A stretch of 64,000 nucleotides of DNA, taken from assembly GCA_027459485.1 (NCBI GenBank), contig DAIDIG010000007.1, forward strand, positions 81,070 to 145,069, given 5' to 3'. Source of the DNA: Bdellovibrionales bacterium (GTDB lineage Bacteria; Bdellovibrionota; Bdellovibrionia; Bdellovibrionales; UBA1609). Below the pieces are notes generated by a model. The model was given only the letters and a program-made list of their open reading frames with translations. It did not search any database and was not told the origin of the DNA. Numbering within the stretch: position 1 is the first letter of the stretch; every line of letters begins with the position of its first letter. Below are positions 18,760-28,517 of the stretch, one piece after another. Made by a program: the position numbers and the translations under genes.

Positions 18760-20439
18760 TCAGCCTCCCGACCGGCGCGAAACGCGCAAGCGGTAACGAA
18801 ACGCCTGATATCCGCGTTTTGTCGTCATCTGAACCGTCAGCCGATGTATTTTGCCATCACGGGCGAGAGCGCGTAAGGCTTGCTCCAAGTGCGCGATAAT
18901 CGACGAACTCGCGGCTTGACCTGTCATCACGACATCTTCGCCGTTGATGCGAAGATCCGCTATGTTGAGGCCTGATAAATTATGCTGCGGCCCGTATGAT
19001 TTACTCATCGGCTGAACGGCCGTCAGGCGCGTCATAACGTCTAACGCCGAGTTCATGCTTTGCAGGCTCTCGAGCATGTCGCGAAGTTTCGCCTTTTCAT
19101 TCTGATCGCGAATAAAATCGTGAATGGCGCGATTGGTGACGCGCGGACCTTTTGCGCCCATCACATTTTCGGCTTGCTGGTGGAGGGCCGCCGCACTCGC
19201 GTCAATGTTTGATGAAGTAAAATCGTCGCGCACAAACGACCAAATGCAGAGAACTAAAAACGCGGCGCTGGCCACTTTCATCGAGTGGCCCCAACGATCC
19301 CAGAATACTTGCAACGACTGGCTCTGTTTAGCAAATTCGCCGCGTAGCAAATTGAGCGGCGGGTTTTTGGGCCGTTTGATACCTTCAACGCCGAGGCCGA
19401 TCGCGGTCACGAACGCAACTTCACCGTTCGGGCTATGGCCGAAATCGAGCTGCGGGATCATGTCAAGCTTCGCAAGTCGATTCATTGCCACTTCAGTTTT
19501 TTGCGTGAGGTAAGGACCAAGGTTGCGCAGTTGGGACACTCCACCGACCAAGATCGCTTGTCGGTACTGAACTTTGTACAGACTCTTCAGTTCAAAAAGT
19601 GTCAGCTGAAGCTTTTGTGCAAAGTTATCGACTGCCGATTTAATGACTTCTGATAGCGCGACTTGCTCACGGCTTGCACCTTCATTGTTCATGAGGATGT
19701 AAGCCTTTTTCTTCAGCTCCTTCAGTGCTTCAAGATACGGGATGCTGTATCTTTGGGCGATGAGTTCGGCGAGGTCGCGGCCGCCCCAATCGATATGGCG
19801 CACATCGAGCAGATACCCGTCTTTGATGATGGCCACCGTCGAGCTGCGATGACCGATATTGATCGCAAGATCCACTTGCGAGGGTTCGGGAGTTTCCGGC
19901 GCCTCTGTCAGTGCTGGATAGGCCCATGGGGCTTCACGCCATTCCTCGAATAAGTTCGAGAAAGCAAAACCGTCGACGCTCACGATATCGACGGAGAGAC
20001 CGACATCTTCAACTCGCTTGAGAGTTTTGATCAGGTGTTCCTTCGGGCAAGCCACAGCCAATACTTCGGCTTTGTTGCCGATGAAGTGCGTGATCTTCGC
20101 GTCGAACACTGAATTTTCGGATGAGAACGGTATGTCGTCCTCGAGTTCGAACGGCAAACTTTTTAGAATTTTATGTCGTTCTTTAAATGGAAATTCACGA
20201 CGGCGCCAACTGACTTCGTATTGATGTGCGCCGATGACAAGGCTCGCGCCAGGTTCAATGTAGCGCGCGTGAACGTCACGCAGGATTTCAATGATTTCAA
20301 TCTGGGTGTCTTTATTCGGATCTTGGCTGAGGGGATATTCCGATGTCCCGATGCACTCGTACCCTCTATTGGTCGAGCGCACTTTAGCGACCTTGACGCT
20401 GTAGGTTCCGATATCAATCCCGACGCTGGTGGTGGCCAT
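18760..20439 (-). CDS. gspL: type II secretion system protein L-like with PilM/actin-like N-domain
   Basis: 559 aa. N-terminus VGIDIGTYSVKVAKV resembles PilM/FtsA-type ATPase folds. One central TM (AAFLVLCIWSFV) and a periplasmic C-domain. Precedes gspM. Confidence 0.65.
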   Translation of the reverse strand: MATTSVGIDIGTYSVKVAKVRSTNRGYECIGTSEYPLSQDPNKDTQIEIIEILRDVHARYIEPGASLVIGAHQYEVSWRRREFPFKERHKILKSLPFELEDDIPFSSENSVFDAKITHFIGNKAEVLAVACPKEHLIKTLKRVEDVGLSVDIVSVDGFAFSNLFEEWREAPWAYPALTEAPETPEPSQVDLAINIGHRSSTVAIIKDGYLLDVRHIDWGGRDLAELIAQRYSIPYLEALKELKKKAYILMNNEGASREQVALSEVIKSAVDNFAQKLQLTLFELKSLYKVQYRQAILVGGVSQLRNLGPYLTQKTEVAMNRLAKLDMIPQLDFGHSPNGEVAFVTAIGLGVEGIKRPKNPPLNLLRGEFAKQSQSLQVFWDRWGHSMKVASAAFLVLCIWSFVRDDFTSSNIDASAAALHQQAENVMGAKGPRVTNRAIHDFIRDQNEKAKLRDMLESLQSMNSALDVMTRLTAVQPMSKSYGPQHNLSGLNIADLRINGEDVVMTGQAASSSIIAHLEQALRALARDGKIHRLTVQMTTKRGYQAFRYRLRVSRRSGG

Positions 20440-20686
20440 ATAATTAAGTTTGAGAAATTACAAGGGGGCTGGCAAGAGCATATTTTATAGTCAACTCGAA
20501 GTTGCAGCTTGCTATTCTCGACATAGGTCCTGCTCGAATTGAATGGCTTTCTTGAGTCCCGGCAATTGAACTCTAACGACAGAAAAAAGTTCTTTAACAT
20601 CTTCAATCAGAGTTCATAACGAGACTAGCTGGGCATTGTAGGCGATGGTAATCAGCGCTTGAGACACAAGCCCAGGAGTAAAAAAA

Positions 20687-21493
20687 ATGACAAAACGATT
20701 TCGGGTGCTTCTTTCGGCGGGTGCTTTTCTCTTCGGGGTTGCGGATATGGATAAAAATGCCGCACGCGCGAATGAATGCGCCGATCAGCTGCGTGAGTTG
20801 ACAATGACTGTGCGCTCGACAGCCAGTCGGGGGTTACCTGTCGTGGCGGGACGCCTTTCGGAATTCGTGCAAGCTATGGGGCCAACCGATACAGTGGCTC
20901 TCAAGCTAACATTCGCCGGTGCGCGCTCGACTTATTTACGGGCTCGTCAAAAACTAAAGCAAAACAACGCGCATTTCATTCAAGAGGGTTTGCAAGAGTT
21001 CACCCCACTCAAGTCATTCTGGCAATCGCCTAAACTGAACCCATGGGGTACGGGCCGTCTGGATATTCGCGTGACCAAAGATGAAATGTTGGCATTGCGC
21101 CCGTTCATCGAATTGGCTGACGGCATCGAGCCGGTAGATGCGATCGGGCGCGAAGATGATCAGCACATTTTGCGCGGTGACTCGTCTTTCGAATCGCGTA
21201 TCGATCTTCATCAAATCAAATATTGGAGTTGGATGAATATACAATCGAATCGAGTTATCCGGGTTCAAACCGTTGTGAGTTACGACAAAGCGAAATTCAA
21301 AGCTATCGTCGCTAAAATCGATCAGGACGACAACGGTGTACGTGTCGTGCATTCGTTATTCGATCCGCTACTTTCGATCGGTTATTTAAGCCTCGAGGCG
21401 ACCGTGCAAGATTTAAAGCAAGTTGTCGAGTCGACACCAGAAATTCATCTCGTGCATGTGAGCTCGTCGCTCAATGCCGCTGATGAAACTTAA
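20687..21493 (+). CDS. hypothetical exported protein
   Basis: 268-aa ORF with AGGAG RBS 7 nt upstream. N-terminal signal-like segment MTKRFRVLLSAGAFLFGVA. No recognisable motif. Confidence 0.5.
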   Translation: MTKRFRVLLSAGAFLFGVADMDKNAARANECADQLRELTMTVRSTASRGLPVVAGRLSEFVQAMGPTDTVALKLTFAGARSTYLRARQKLKQNNAHFIQEGLQEFTPLKSFWQSPKLNPWGTGRLDIRVTKDEMLALRPFIELADGIEPVDAIGREDDQHILRGDSSFESRIDLHQIKYWSWMNIQSNRVIRVQTVVSYDKAKFKAIVAKIDQDDNGVRVVHSLFDPLLSIGYLSLEATVQDLKQVVESTPEIHLVHVSSSLNAADET

Positions 21494-22758
21494 CTCTCAT
21501 CCCACATAACGATGCGTGGTCGACCCGTCGGCGGCGGCAATTGATTCGTCGGTGGCGTACCAGGTGGCGTACCTGGCGGTTGACCCGGCATAGTTTGGTT
21601 AGGTGGCAAGGCATTCTGCGGCTGACCCGTGGCCTGTTGAACATTCTGATTGAGAATTGCTGCTTCTCGGCTTGCGACGGAATCCATGTCGAATGTTACG
21701 GCGGTGATCGTACGCTCGACATTTCGAAACGTACCGATGCTTGTGATGCGAAAATTGTATTCGGGGTTAAAGAGAAGCGGCATTTGATTTCGCTCCATGA
21801 CGGCGGTGTTGACACCGAGCCCTTGTAAAAACGAATAAAAATCTTGCATGTTTTGAAACGGGCCACCCAGCTGTTGGTTGTCGCGGCGATCCTCGATTTT
21901 TTTCACAATTGCGTCAGTAATTTGCGGGTCGAGCGCCTTTAATACGGCGGCATCGGCGTAATTGACATTTATACCCATGTCGCCGTAGACGGTGACGCGA
22001 TCTTTTAGCACGTTGTAAAAATCATCTTTCATGCCCGCGACCATGTGGAGTTCGCCCAATGTCTTGAACGGTGCATCGGGGGGCAGATGATAGTTATGAG
22101 CATCCTCGGGTTGTTTGTACATGCTTTGTTTGTCGCGACCGCCGACGCCGACGTTGCCGGGGCTCACCCAATCTTGAATGTTATCGATGAGGTCATTGAA
22201 ATTGTAATCACGATATTTTTTCTTGAATGCTCGATCGCTTTTGATTGAGTTCTGAAAAAGCTGAAGCAGTTGCGCGCGAGTCGCGGCAATAAGAGCCGCA
22301 TTGCCGCTGCCGAGCGAATTGAGGTCAATGCGGCCGCTTTCGCTTTCGATCGTCACCGAATATTGCGCATCCATCATCGAATCTTTCACCACACTGTTCA
22401 CGTCATCGCGAATAGATTTCGACATGTGCGGCATCATCGGCGGCCACGAAAAGGGCAGCTGCCAAATTTCGTCGAGAAGGCTCTGCTGTCCACTCAATTG
22501 CTGGCCATATTGCGCCAGAACTTTTCGATAAAGAAATATGCGAAAAAGGCTGATTTCGATTCCTGATTCGGCGGCATAGTAGGCTTTCAGTCGATTGATT
22601 TCTTGCGCCGACTGAATGTACCCGACTGATGTTTCATATGACACTTCAACGGCAATGGTGATCGTTAATATCATCGCGAAAATCGCGATGAGCATGGCGA
22701 TGCCGCGGCGATTATGCAGGTGACTAAGAAATTTGGTGAGCAATTTCGCTGCCATCAC
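21490..22758 (-). CDS. gspK: type II secretion system minor pseudopilin GspK
   Basis: N-terminus ...NRRGIAMLIAIFAMILTITIAV is GspK-like. 422 aa, overlaps the gspJ stop. Pro-rich C-terminal tail. Confidence 0.75.
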   Translation of the reverse strand: MMAAKLLTKFLSHLHNRRGIAMLIAIFAMILTITIAVEVSYETSVGYIQSAQEINRLKAYYAAESGIEISLFRIFLYRKVLAQYGQQLSGQQSLLDEIWQLPFSWPPMMPHMSKSIRDDVNSVVKDSMMDAQYSVTIESESGRIDLNSLGSGNAALIAATRAQLLQLFQNSIKSDRAFKKKYRDYNFNDLIDNIQDWVSPGNVGVGGRDKQSMYKQPEDAHNYHLPPDAPFKTLGELHMVAGMKDDFYNVLKDRVTVYGDMGINVNYADAAVLKALDPQITDAIVKKIEDRRDNQQLGGPFQNMQDFYSFLQGLGVNTAVMERNQMPLLFNPEYNFRITSIGTFRNVERTITAVTFDMDSVASREAAILNQNVQQATGQPQNALPPNQTMPGQPPGTPPGTPPTNQLPPPTGRPRIVMWDES

Positions 22759-23705
22759 ATCCCTCCTGGTCCGGGTGGCATTCCGGGCATCGTACCAGGC
22801 ATTCCGGGCATCGTACCAGGCATTCCGGGCACGCCTGGCATACCGGGCTGTCCCGGCACCCCCGGCTGGCCGGGCATATTCGGATTTTGTGGATTGGGCG
22901 GCAGATCATTCAAAAAGTGCGGGCTTGCCACAATTGTCATCGCCACTTCGCGTGGTGGGTCGGTGTGCCGGTCATAAATAGTGATGGTGGCCTCGACAGC
23001 CATGGGAAAATGCCCCTTCATGACTTGCTCGCCGTCGACAGAGTTCCACGAATCAACCCATTCTTTCTCGTGGCCAACCCCGAGATAACGGAATTTCAAA
23101 CTTTTCACGTCTTCAAGAATCGGCGTGGAATGGCCACCCTCCGTCACATCATCATCGATGTAGGGGCTCACACGTCGCCATAGACACTCGATGTTGGCAT
23201 CCGGATCTTCGAGGCTTGTGCATTTCGCGACATAATAGCCCACTTCGCATTGATCGCTCTCTTGGATGTCACGCTTGCTGCGATAGTTGTTAAGCGATGT
23301 GAAATTCAGCTTGTCGTGTTTACCGATGAATCTGGTGTAAATCGGTTCTTGCTTGAGTGCATATTGCTGCGGGTTCAACGCTGGCTGCTGTTGCGGTTGA
23401 TTAGGGAGTGCCGTATTCGGTTGATTCGGGTTCATCGCGGGCGGTTGTTGCGCCGTCTGTTGGCGCTCCTGTTGGGCTTCGTTGAATAATTCAATGTTAA
23501 TGTCGTGATAGTTGAAAGCTTTCTCGATGTCTTGCCTCATCAGCGCGAGCGCGTCGTGCAATGCTGTCGTGCGGTCGATGCGATCGTCGATTTTTTTACG
23601 GGCGCGAACACCTTGTTGAATCATGCGCGCCGTAAAAACTGAAATAAAGGCCATGATGACCGTCGCGATGAGAATTTCGAGAAGAGTAAAACCACGTGCT
23701 GCCAT
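22755..23705 (-). CDS. gspJ: type II secretion system minor pseudopilin GspJ-like
   Basis: Prepilin-type N-terminus MAARG-FTLLEILIATVIMAF. 316 aa with a Gln/Pro-rich insert and a Pro/Gly/Met-rich tail. Confidence 0.7.
   Translation of the reverse strand: MAARGFTLLEILIATVIMAFISVFTARMIQQGVRARKKIDDRIDRTTALHDALALMRQDIEKAFNYHDINIELFNEAQQERQQTAQQPPAMNPNQPNTALPNQPQQQPALNPQQYALKQEPIYTRFIGKHDKLNFTSLNNYRSKRDIQESDQCEVGYYVAKCTSLEDPDANIECLWRRVSPYIDDDVTEGGHSTPILEDVKSLKFRYLGVGHEKEWVDSWNSVDGEQVMKGHFPMAVEATITIYDRHTDPPREVAMTIVASPHFLNDLPPNPQNPNMPGQPGVPGQPGMPGVPGMPGTMPGMPGTMPGMPPGPGGM
22777..22831. repeat. 21-bp in-frame tandem repeat (about 2.6 copies) in the gspJ 3' end
   Basis: ggcattccgggcatcgtacca at 22777-22797 and 22798-22818, with a partial copy at 22819-22831. 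Encodes PGMPGTM heptads on the minus strand. Confidence 0.85.
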
Positions 23706-23722
23706 TGCTGCGTTTATCGCTC

Positions 23723-24211
23723 CTACATTCCGATAGTAATTGGATCGTCATAATCGACGATGTAATACGTCACCGAATACGACAGCTGTTTATTTTTAAT
23801 TCTCGCATACACGGTGACCGTTGCTTCAAGTATGGCCTTATTCATAATTTCGCGCATTTTTGTTAGCATGGTAACCAGCATTTGATTTGCACCGCCTTCT
23901 TGGGCTGCCATAATTGCGCCCAGATCGGGCAAGACAAATTTTTGCGTCGTGAACGTCCAACGGTACTGCGGGTATTCGTCGCCGAAATTACCTTCTTCGT
24001 CGTGAATCTCGTTGAATTTTTTCTTGCTGTTTTCAGCGTTAATTTCAGCGATTTTTCTCTGTAGAAGCTGGGCCACGTTGTCGTTCAAAGTCGACTTTCG
24101 CACGCGAAGCAGGTTGCCGCTCCACGCGGTCGAAAGCAAAACTCCGGCCGCCACAGTGACGATGAGAGCAATGAGCACTTCAAGTAAAGTGAAACCTTGA
24201 CGTCGATTCAT
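23723..24211 (-). CDS. gspI: type II secretion system minor pseudopilin GspI-like
   Basis: Prepilin-type N-terminus MNRRQG-FTLLEVLIALIV. 162 aa, in H-I-J-K order. Confidence 0.7.
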   Translation of the reverse strand: MNRRQGFTLLEVLIALIVTVAAGVLLSTAWSGNLLRVRKSTLNDNVAQLLQRKIAEINAENSKKKFNEIHDEEGNFGDEYPQYRWTFTTQKFVLPDLGAIMAAQEGGANQMLVTMLTKMREIMNKAILEATVTVYARIKNKQLSYSVTYYIVDYDDPITIGM

Positions 24212-24951
24212 CTCTTTTGCAGCTCCTCAATGTCCTTGAGGCTCTTGTTCTCAGTTAGTATGACCATACGACCGGTGAGCGGTTGAGTGACAAGCGTCCA
24301 TCTTATTTTACCGTAGTTCAAATGCACCGCCGCTTCATCCGAAAAGCCGCTCGGCAAAAAGTGGATGTAAACCACGCCTTTCGTAACGGGCTCGTCGAGA
24401 GTGCTTAGTTCAACGCTTTTAAGAATCAGTTGGCTCGGAAAGACGACGTGCTTTTGCGTGATCGACCGGTCAATAGTAAACTGCGGCGGCGGCAGTTTTT
24501 CGTCGTGGTCTTTGGCTTCTTTGCGAGCTCGGGCCTCGTCGGCTGGATTTTTCGGTGGTGATTCGGGATTATAGTTATTCAAGATGCTGCCGTGACCCTT
24601 TTCCACCCAATAGCTATCGAGGGGATTACCTTTGTCGTCTTCTTCCATATCGAAGACAATCCTGTACGTGGCATTTTCAAGTTTGGCGCGAAAGCGAAGT
24701 TCGCGAGAGAGCGTGCTGAGCTTGCGAATAATTGCCTTGGTTTGATTGGTGTGGCCGGCGATTCGGGGCAACGCGATCGCAACAATGAATGCCACGATCG
24801 TGATCGTGATCATCAGCTCAATCAGCGTGAAGCCAAAGCTGATGCCCGCTTTCAGCGATCCACTACTGGTCTTGATTGGTAATAACCCCGTTCGGCCCCG
24901 TCGCGCCGGCCTTACCTGTGGGGCCAAGGGATTCAAGTAAGTAATTGCCAT
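24208..24951 (-). CDS. gspH: type II secretion system pseudopilin GspH-like (start uncertain)
   Basis: Contains the prepilin motif G-FTLIELMITITIVAF. The ORF-track ATG 24951 overlaps gspG by 89 nt. A CTG at 24855 would give the leader MKAGISFG-FTLIEL. Confidence 0.65.
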   Translation of the reverse strand: MAITYLNPLAPQVRPARRGRTGLLPIKTSSGSLKAGISFGFTLIELMITITIVAFIVAIALPRIAGHTNQTKAIIRKLSTLSRELRFRAKLENATYRIVFDMEEDDKGNPLDSYWVEKGHGSILNNYNPESPPKNPADEARARKEAKDHDEKLPPPQFTIDRSITQKHVVFPSQLILKSVELSTLDEPVTKGVVYIHFLPSGFSDEAAVHLNYGKIRWTLVTQPLTGRMVILTENKSLKDIEELQKR

Positions 24952-25291
24952 TGTCTTGCAATTGGTAGACGAACGGATGGCCCCAGGGGTCGAGTGGATC
25001 TTTTTTTTCTATATACGGATCCGGCCCCCAGTTCTTGCAGGTGGAGTCGCCGCCGGGCGCCAGAGCATTTAGCCCCTGATCGGATGTCGGATAATGGCCG
25101 CAGTCCGTATAATACATATCGAGCGCTTTAGATAATTCACCGATTTGAATGCGCGCCTCTTTCAGTTTCGCCGATTTGAAACGCCCTAGCACTGCGTGGC
25201 CGAGAATTGCCATAAGACTCGCCAAGATGATCACAACGATCATGATTTCGAGCAGTGTCATACCGCGTTCGTTTTTTACTTTTTCGGTCAT
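24863..25291 (-). CDS. gspG: type II secretion system major pseudopilin GspG
   Basis: Trimmed to ATG 25291 with a GAGGGA RBS. MTEKVKNERG-MTLLEIMIVVIILA, then GspG core ...YPTSDQGLNALAP...DPWGHPFVY. Confidence 0.9.
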   Translation of the reverse strand: MTEKVKNERGMTLLEIMIVVIILASLMAILGHAVLGRFKSAKLKEARIQIGELSKALDMYYTDCGHYPTSDQGLNALAPGGDSTCKNWGPDPYIEKKDPLDPWGHPFVYQLQDNGNYLLESLGPTGKAGATGPNGVITNQDQ

Positions 25292-25349
25292 TATTTCCCT
25301 CATTGTTGTCGGATAGTTTAACTGGCCTATCAAGCCACTCGATTGTATT

Positions 25350-26573
25350 CTAGCCGCCTCCCAAGTTCAATAGTTCAAACATCGGCATCATAATCGAAAA
25401 AACGATAACGGCGATCACGCCGCCCATAATGACGATCATGAGAGGTTCCATCAATGACGCGAGGGAGTCGACCTCCACTTTAACTTGAAAATCGTACGAG
25501 TCGCTCACCTGTGTCAACATGGTTTCGAGCTCGCCGGTCTTTTCGCCAATATTGATCATGTGAATGACAAGTGGTGGGAATTGGCCCGATTTTTTAAGCG
25601 GCCCGGCGATCGATTCCCCTTCGCTGATATTGTCGCGTGCTTCATCTACGGCACGGGCGATGACTTCATTATTGACGACATTTCGTACAATGCCCATTGC
25701 GCCGAGCATCGGCACGCCTCCGGCAAGTAACGTTGCCAGCGTGCGCGTAAAACGCGAAACCGCGACTGTGCGCACGAGCTTACCGAAGATCGGGAATTTG
25801 AGCGAAACGGCATCCCACTGCACGGACCCGCCGGGTGAGCGCTTCCAAGCCAAAAAAATAAAAACGACGAGGCCGATCGCAATCAATAGCACGTACCAAT
25901 ACGCCAGCATAAAATCGCTGATTGCAAACACGGCTTGGCTGTACCAGGGTAAAACGAGCGACGGCTCTGACTGAAAGATCGCCATCACTTTGGGGATGAC
26001 AAACGTGAACAATACGGCGAGCAAGCCCGAAGAAATGAACAGCATTAAAACCGGATACACCATTGCGCCGCGAATTTTTGAGTTGAGTGCCGCTTGTGCT
26101 TCGGTGAACTCCGCTAGACGAATGAGAATCACGTCGAGCGTACCGGATGTTTCACCAGCTTCGCACATCGAAATGTAGATCTTGTTGAAAATCTTAGGGT
26201 ACTTCGCGATCGATTTGTGTAGGGTGGCGCCTTCGTTCACCATGCCTTTGATATCCGAAATCGCCTCTGACAGAGTTTCGTTTTGCACTTGCTCCGCAAC
26301 CGCCGACAAACTTTCGACAAGAGGTACGTTCGCTTTGAGAAGTGTGGCGAGCTGACGGGTCATCATCGAAAGATCTTGCACGCCCACGCGACGAGTAGAG
26401 CGGGCGCCCGTGCCTTTTACTTTTTTTGCTACCTTAGTTTTATCAGCAAGATCGACGACGTAAATGCCGTCCTTTTTCAGTTTCGCGCGCGCCGTCTTCG
26501 CACTGTCGCTGTCGATGGTGCCTTTAATGTTTCGGCCTTGGGCGTTTAGGCCCCTGTATTCAAAGATGGGCAT
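25350..26573 (-). CDS. gspF: type II secretion system inner-membrane platform protein GspF
   Basis: 407 aa. MPIFEYRGLNAQGRNIKGTIDS, duplicated GspF/PilC domains and 3 TM segments. Confidence 0.92.
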   Translation of the reverse strand: MPIFEYRGLNAQGRNIKGTIDSDSAKTARAKLKKDGIYVVDLADKTKVAKKVKGTGARSTRRVGVQDLSMMTRQLATLLKANVPLVESLSAVAEQVQNETLSEAISDIKGMVNEGATLHKSIAKYPKIFNKIYISMCEAGETSGTLDVILIRLAEFTEAQAALNSKIRGAMVYPVLMLFISSGLLAVLFTFVIPKVMAIFQSEPSLVLPWYSQAVFAISDFMLAYWYVLLIAIGLVVFIFLAWKRSPGGSVQWDAVSLKFPIFGKLVRTVAVSRFTRTLATLLAGGVPMLGAMGIVRNVVNNEVIARAVDEARDNISEGESIAGPLKKSGQFPPLVIHMINIGEKTGELETMLTQVSDSYDFQVKVEVDSLASLMEPLMIVIMGGVIAVIVFSIMMPMFELLNLGGG

Positions 26574-26611
26574 GATTTAAATATTTAAGCGCACTATTCG
26601 GGGGTTAGCAA

Positions 26612-28309
26612 CTACATGACCTGGTCATCTAATTGCGTGTTCGACAGAACTTCTTCGATAGTGGTGACGCCCGAGACGACTTTTTGAATCCCGTGATCGC
26701 GCATGGTCTCCATGCCGAATTGCAAAGCGGCCTTTTTAATCGAGCCCGCATCTTGGCGCTGCATGATGAGGCTGCGAATGTCTTCGTTCACGAGCAACAT
26801 TTCTTGAATAATAGTCCGGCCTAAATAGCCTTTTTGATTACATTCGTTGCAGCCGACCGCACGATAGCACTGGCCGTTTTTCAATTGCTCCCGTTTCATT
26901 TCGAGGCTCGCGAGTTCCACGTCTGTGGGGGTGTAAAGCTCCTTACAGTGGGGGCAGAGATTGCGCACGAGACGTTGCGCGATCACCCCCAAAAGAGACG
27001 TGGCGATCAAAAACGGTTCGCAGCCCATGTCGATCAAACGCGGGAACACGCCTGACGAATCGTTGGTGTGAATGGTCGAAAGCACCAAGTGACCTGTCAA
27101 CGAAGCGTTAATGGCGATTTCGGCCGTTTCTAAGTCGCGAATCTCACCGATCATGATGATGTCGGGGTCTTGACGAAGTATGGAGCGCAAACCGCTCGCA
27201 AACGTGAGTCCGATTTTCGAGTTCACTTGAATTTGCCCAATACCATGAATCCGTTGTTCGACAGGGTCTTCAACCGTGATGATGTTTTTGTCGACACTGT
27301 TGATTTTCGAAAGGCCCGCGTAAAGCGTTGTCGATTTACCGGAGCCGGTGGGGCCCGTGACAAGAATAATCCCGTACGTGTTTTGTAAGAGGCCGTCGAT
27401 TTTTTGCAAACTCTTTGGGCTAAACCCGAGTTGATCGAGTTCAAGCGTGACATTCGAGCGGTCTTGTAAACGCAACACGATGCGCTCGCCGAACGCCGTC
27501 GGCACAGTCGAAAGACGTACATCGATGTCTTTGCCCGCAAGCTTGAGCGGGATGCGACCGTCTTGCGGCAGACGCTTTTCAGCGATGTTCAAATTGCCCA
27601 TGACTTTAATACGCGACGTAATGGCGTTTTGCAGCTTTTTCGGTGGGCGAAAAATATCGAACAAAATACCGTCGATGCGAAACCGTACGACCATGTCTTT
27701 TTCATACGGTTCGATGTGAATATCCGACGCCTTTTCTTTGACGGCGCGAAATAAGAGCGTGTTGACGAGCTTAATGACCGGTGCCTCATCATCACCCGCT
27801 TCGAGAAGGTCGATGACCGGATCGTCGAGATCGTACTCTTCGCTGTCGATCTCGTCGAGACCTTCGAGCGCGGCCGTGCTCTTTTCGTAAACGCGGTTGA
27901 TCGCCTCTTGCAGCTTCACGCTTGTTGTCAGCAAAGGTTGAATTTTTTTATTGAAAAGGACCCGCATGTCGGTGAGCGCTCGATTGTTAAGAGGGTTTGT
28001 GGTGAGCACCGTCACTTTGTCATTTTCCATCTTAAAAGGCAGAACTTCTTGATTTTTGGCGTAGTTGATCGGGATGTCGCGCACGAGATCGACCGGGATG
28101 TCGTTAAACGGAATGTCTTTGATGAATTCCGACCCAATCGCTTTGCTCAAATCGGCGAGAGCGTCCTCAGCCGTCGTATACATGCGATTTTTGAACACGT
28201 GTTCAATGGCTTCGCCGCGATTATCGGGCAGCTGCAGAAGTGTTTTGAGTTCATCCTCGCTGATCGACGTACCTTTTACGATCAGCGAATCGAGTGTGGC
28301 GCCTGACAT
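26612..28309 (-). CDS. gspE: type II secretion system ATPase GspE
   Basis: 565 aa. Walker A GPTGSGKST, Asp and His boxes, tetracysteine CPHC...CNEC. Confidence 0.95.
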   Translation of the reverse strand: MSGATLDSLIVKGTSISEDELKTLLQLPDNRGEAIEHVFKNRMYTTAEDALADLSKAIGSEFIKDIPFNDIPVDLVRDIPINYAKNQEVLPFKMENDKVTVLTTNPLNNRALTDMRVLFNKKIQPLLTTSVKLQEAINRVYEKSTAALEGLDEIDSEEYDLDDPVIDLLEAGDDEAPVIKLVNTLLFRAVKEKASDIHIEPYEKDMVVRFRIDGILFDIFRPPKKLQNAITSRIKVMGNLNIAEKRLPQDGRIPLKLAGKDIDVRLSTVPTAFGERIVLRLQDRSNVTLELDQLGFSPKSLQKIDGLLQNTYGIILVTGPTGSGKSTTLYAGLSKINSVDKNIITVEDPVEQRIHGIGQIQVNSKIGLTFASGLRSILRQDPDIIMIGEIRDLETAEIAINASLTGHLVLSTIHTNDSSGVFPRLIDMGCEPFLIATSLLGVIAQRLVRNLCPHCKELYTPTDVELASLEMKREQLKNGQCYRAVGCNECNQKGYLGRTIIQEMLLVNEDIRSLIMQRQDAGSIKKAALQFGMETMRDHGIQKVVSGVTTIEEVLSNTQLDDQVM

Positions 28310-28517
28310 GAAAGTATTATACTCGAATCAGAGTGTGGCGCAAGTCAGGATGGCTTTGCATGCTTGGGTAAGACGCGCCAATTGCACCGCGCGCTCATCC
28401 GAAATCTCGTCGAAGCACAGGCGAAAAATGCAAATGTGCGAGTGATCTCGTGGGCCAATGTGGGCAATCATCTGACTCGCAGATGAAAAAATTCTTTCAG
28501 AGTCAACTGGCTTAAAA

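Noticed and set aside
22830-22900. Possible collagen-like triple-helix domain in the GspJ tail.
   Set aside because: Only about six uninterrupted G-x-P triplets occur before the period breaks (PGTM insertions). That is far shorter than known bacterial collagen-like domains, so I treat it as low complexity only.
22714-22981. Plus-strand ORFs translating to PG-rich peptides (PGIVPGIPGIVPGIPGTPGIPG...).
   Set aside because: This is a mirror artefact of the Pro/Gly codon repeat at the gspJ 3' end. The gspJ/gspK frames on the minus strand are supported by prepilin motifs and operon context.
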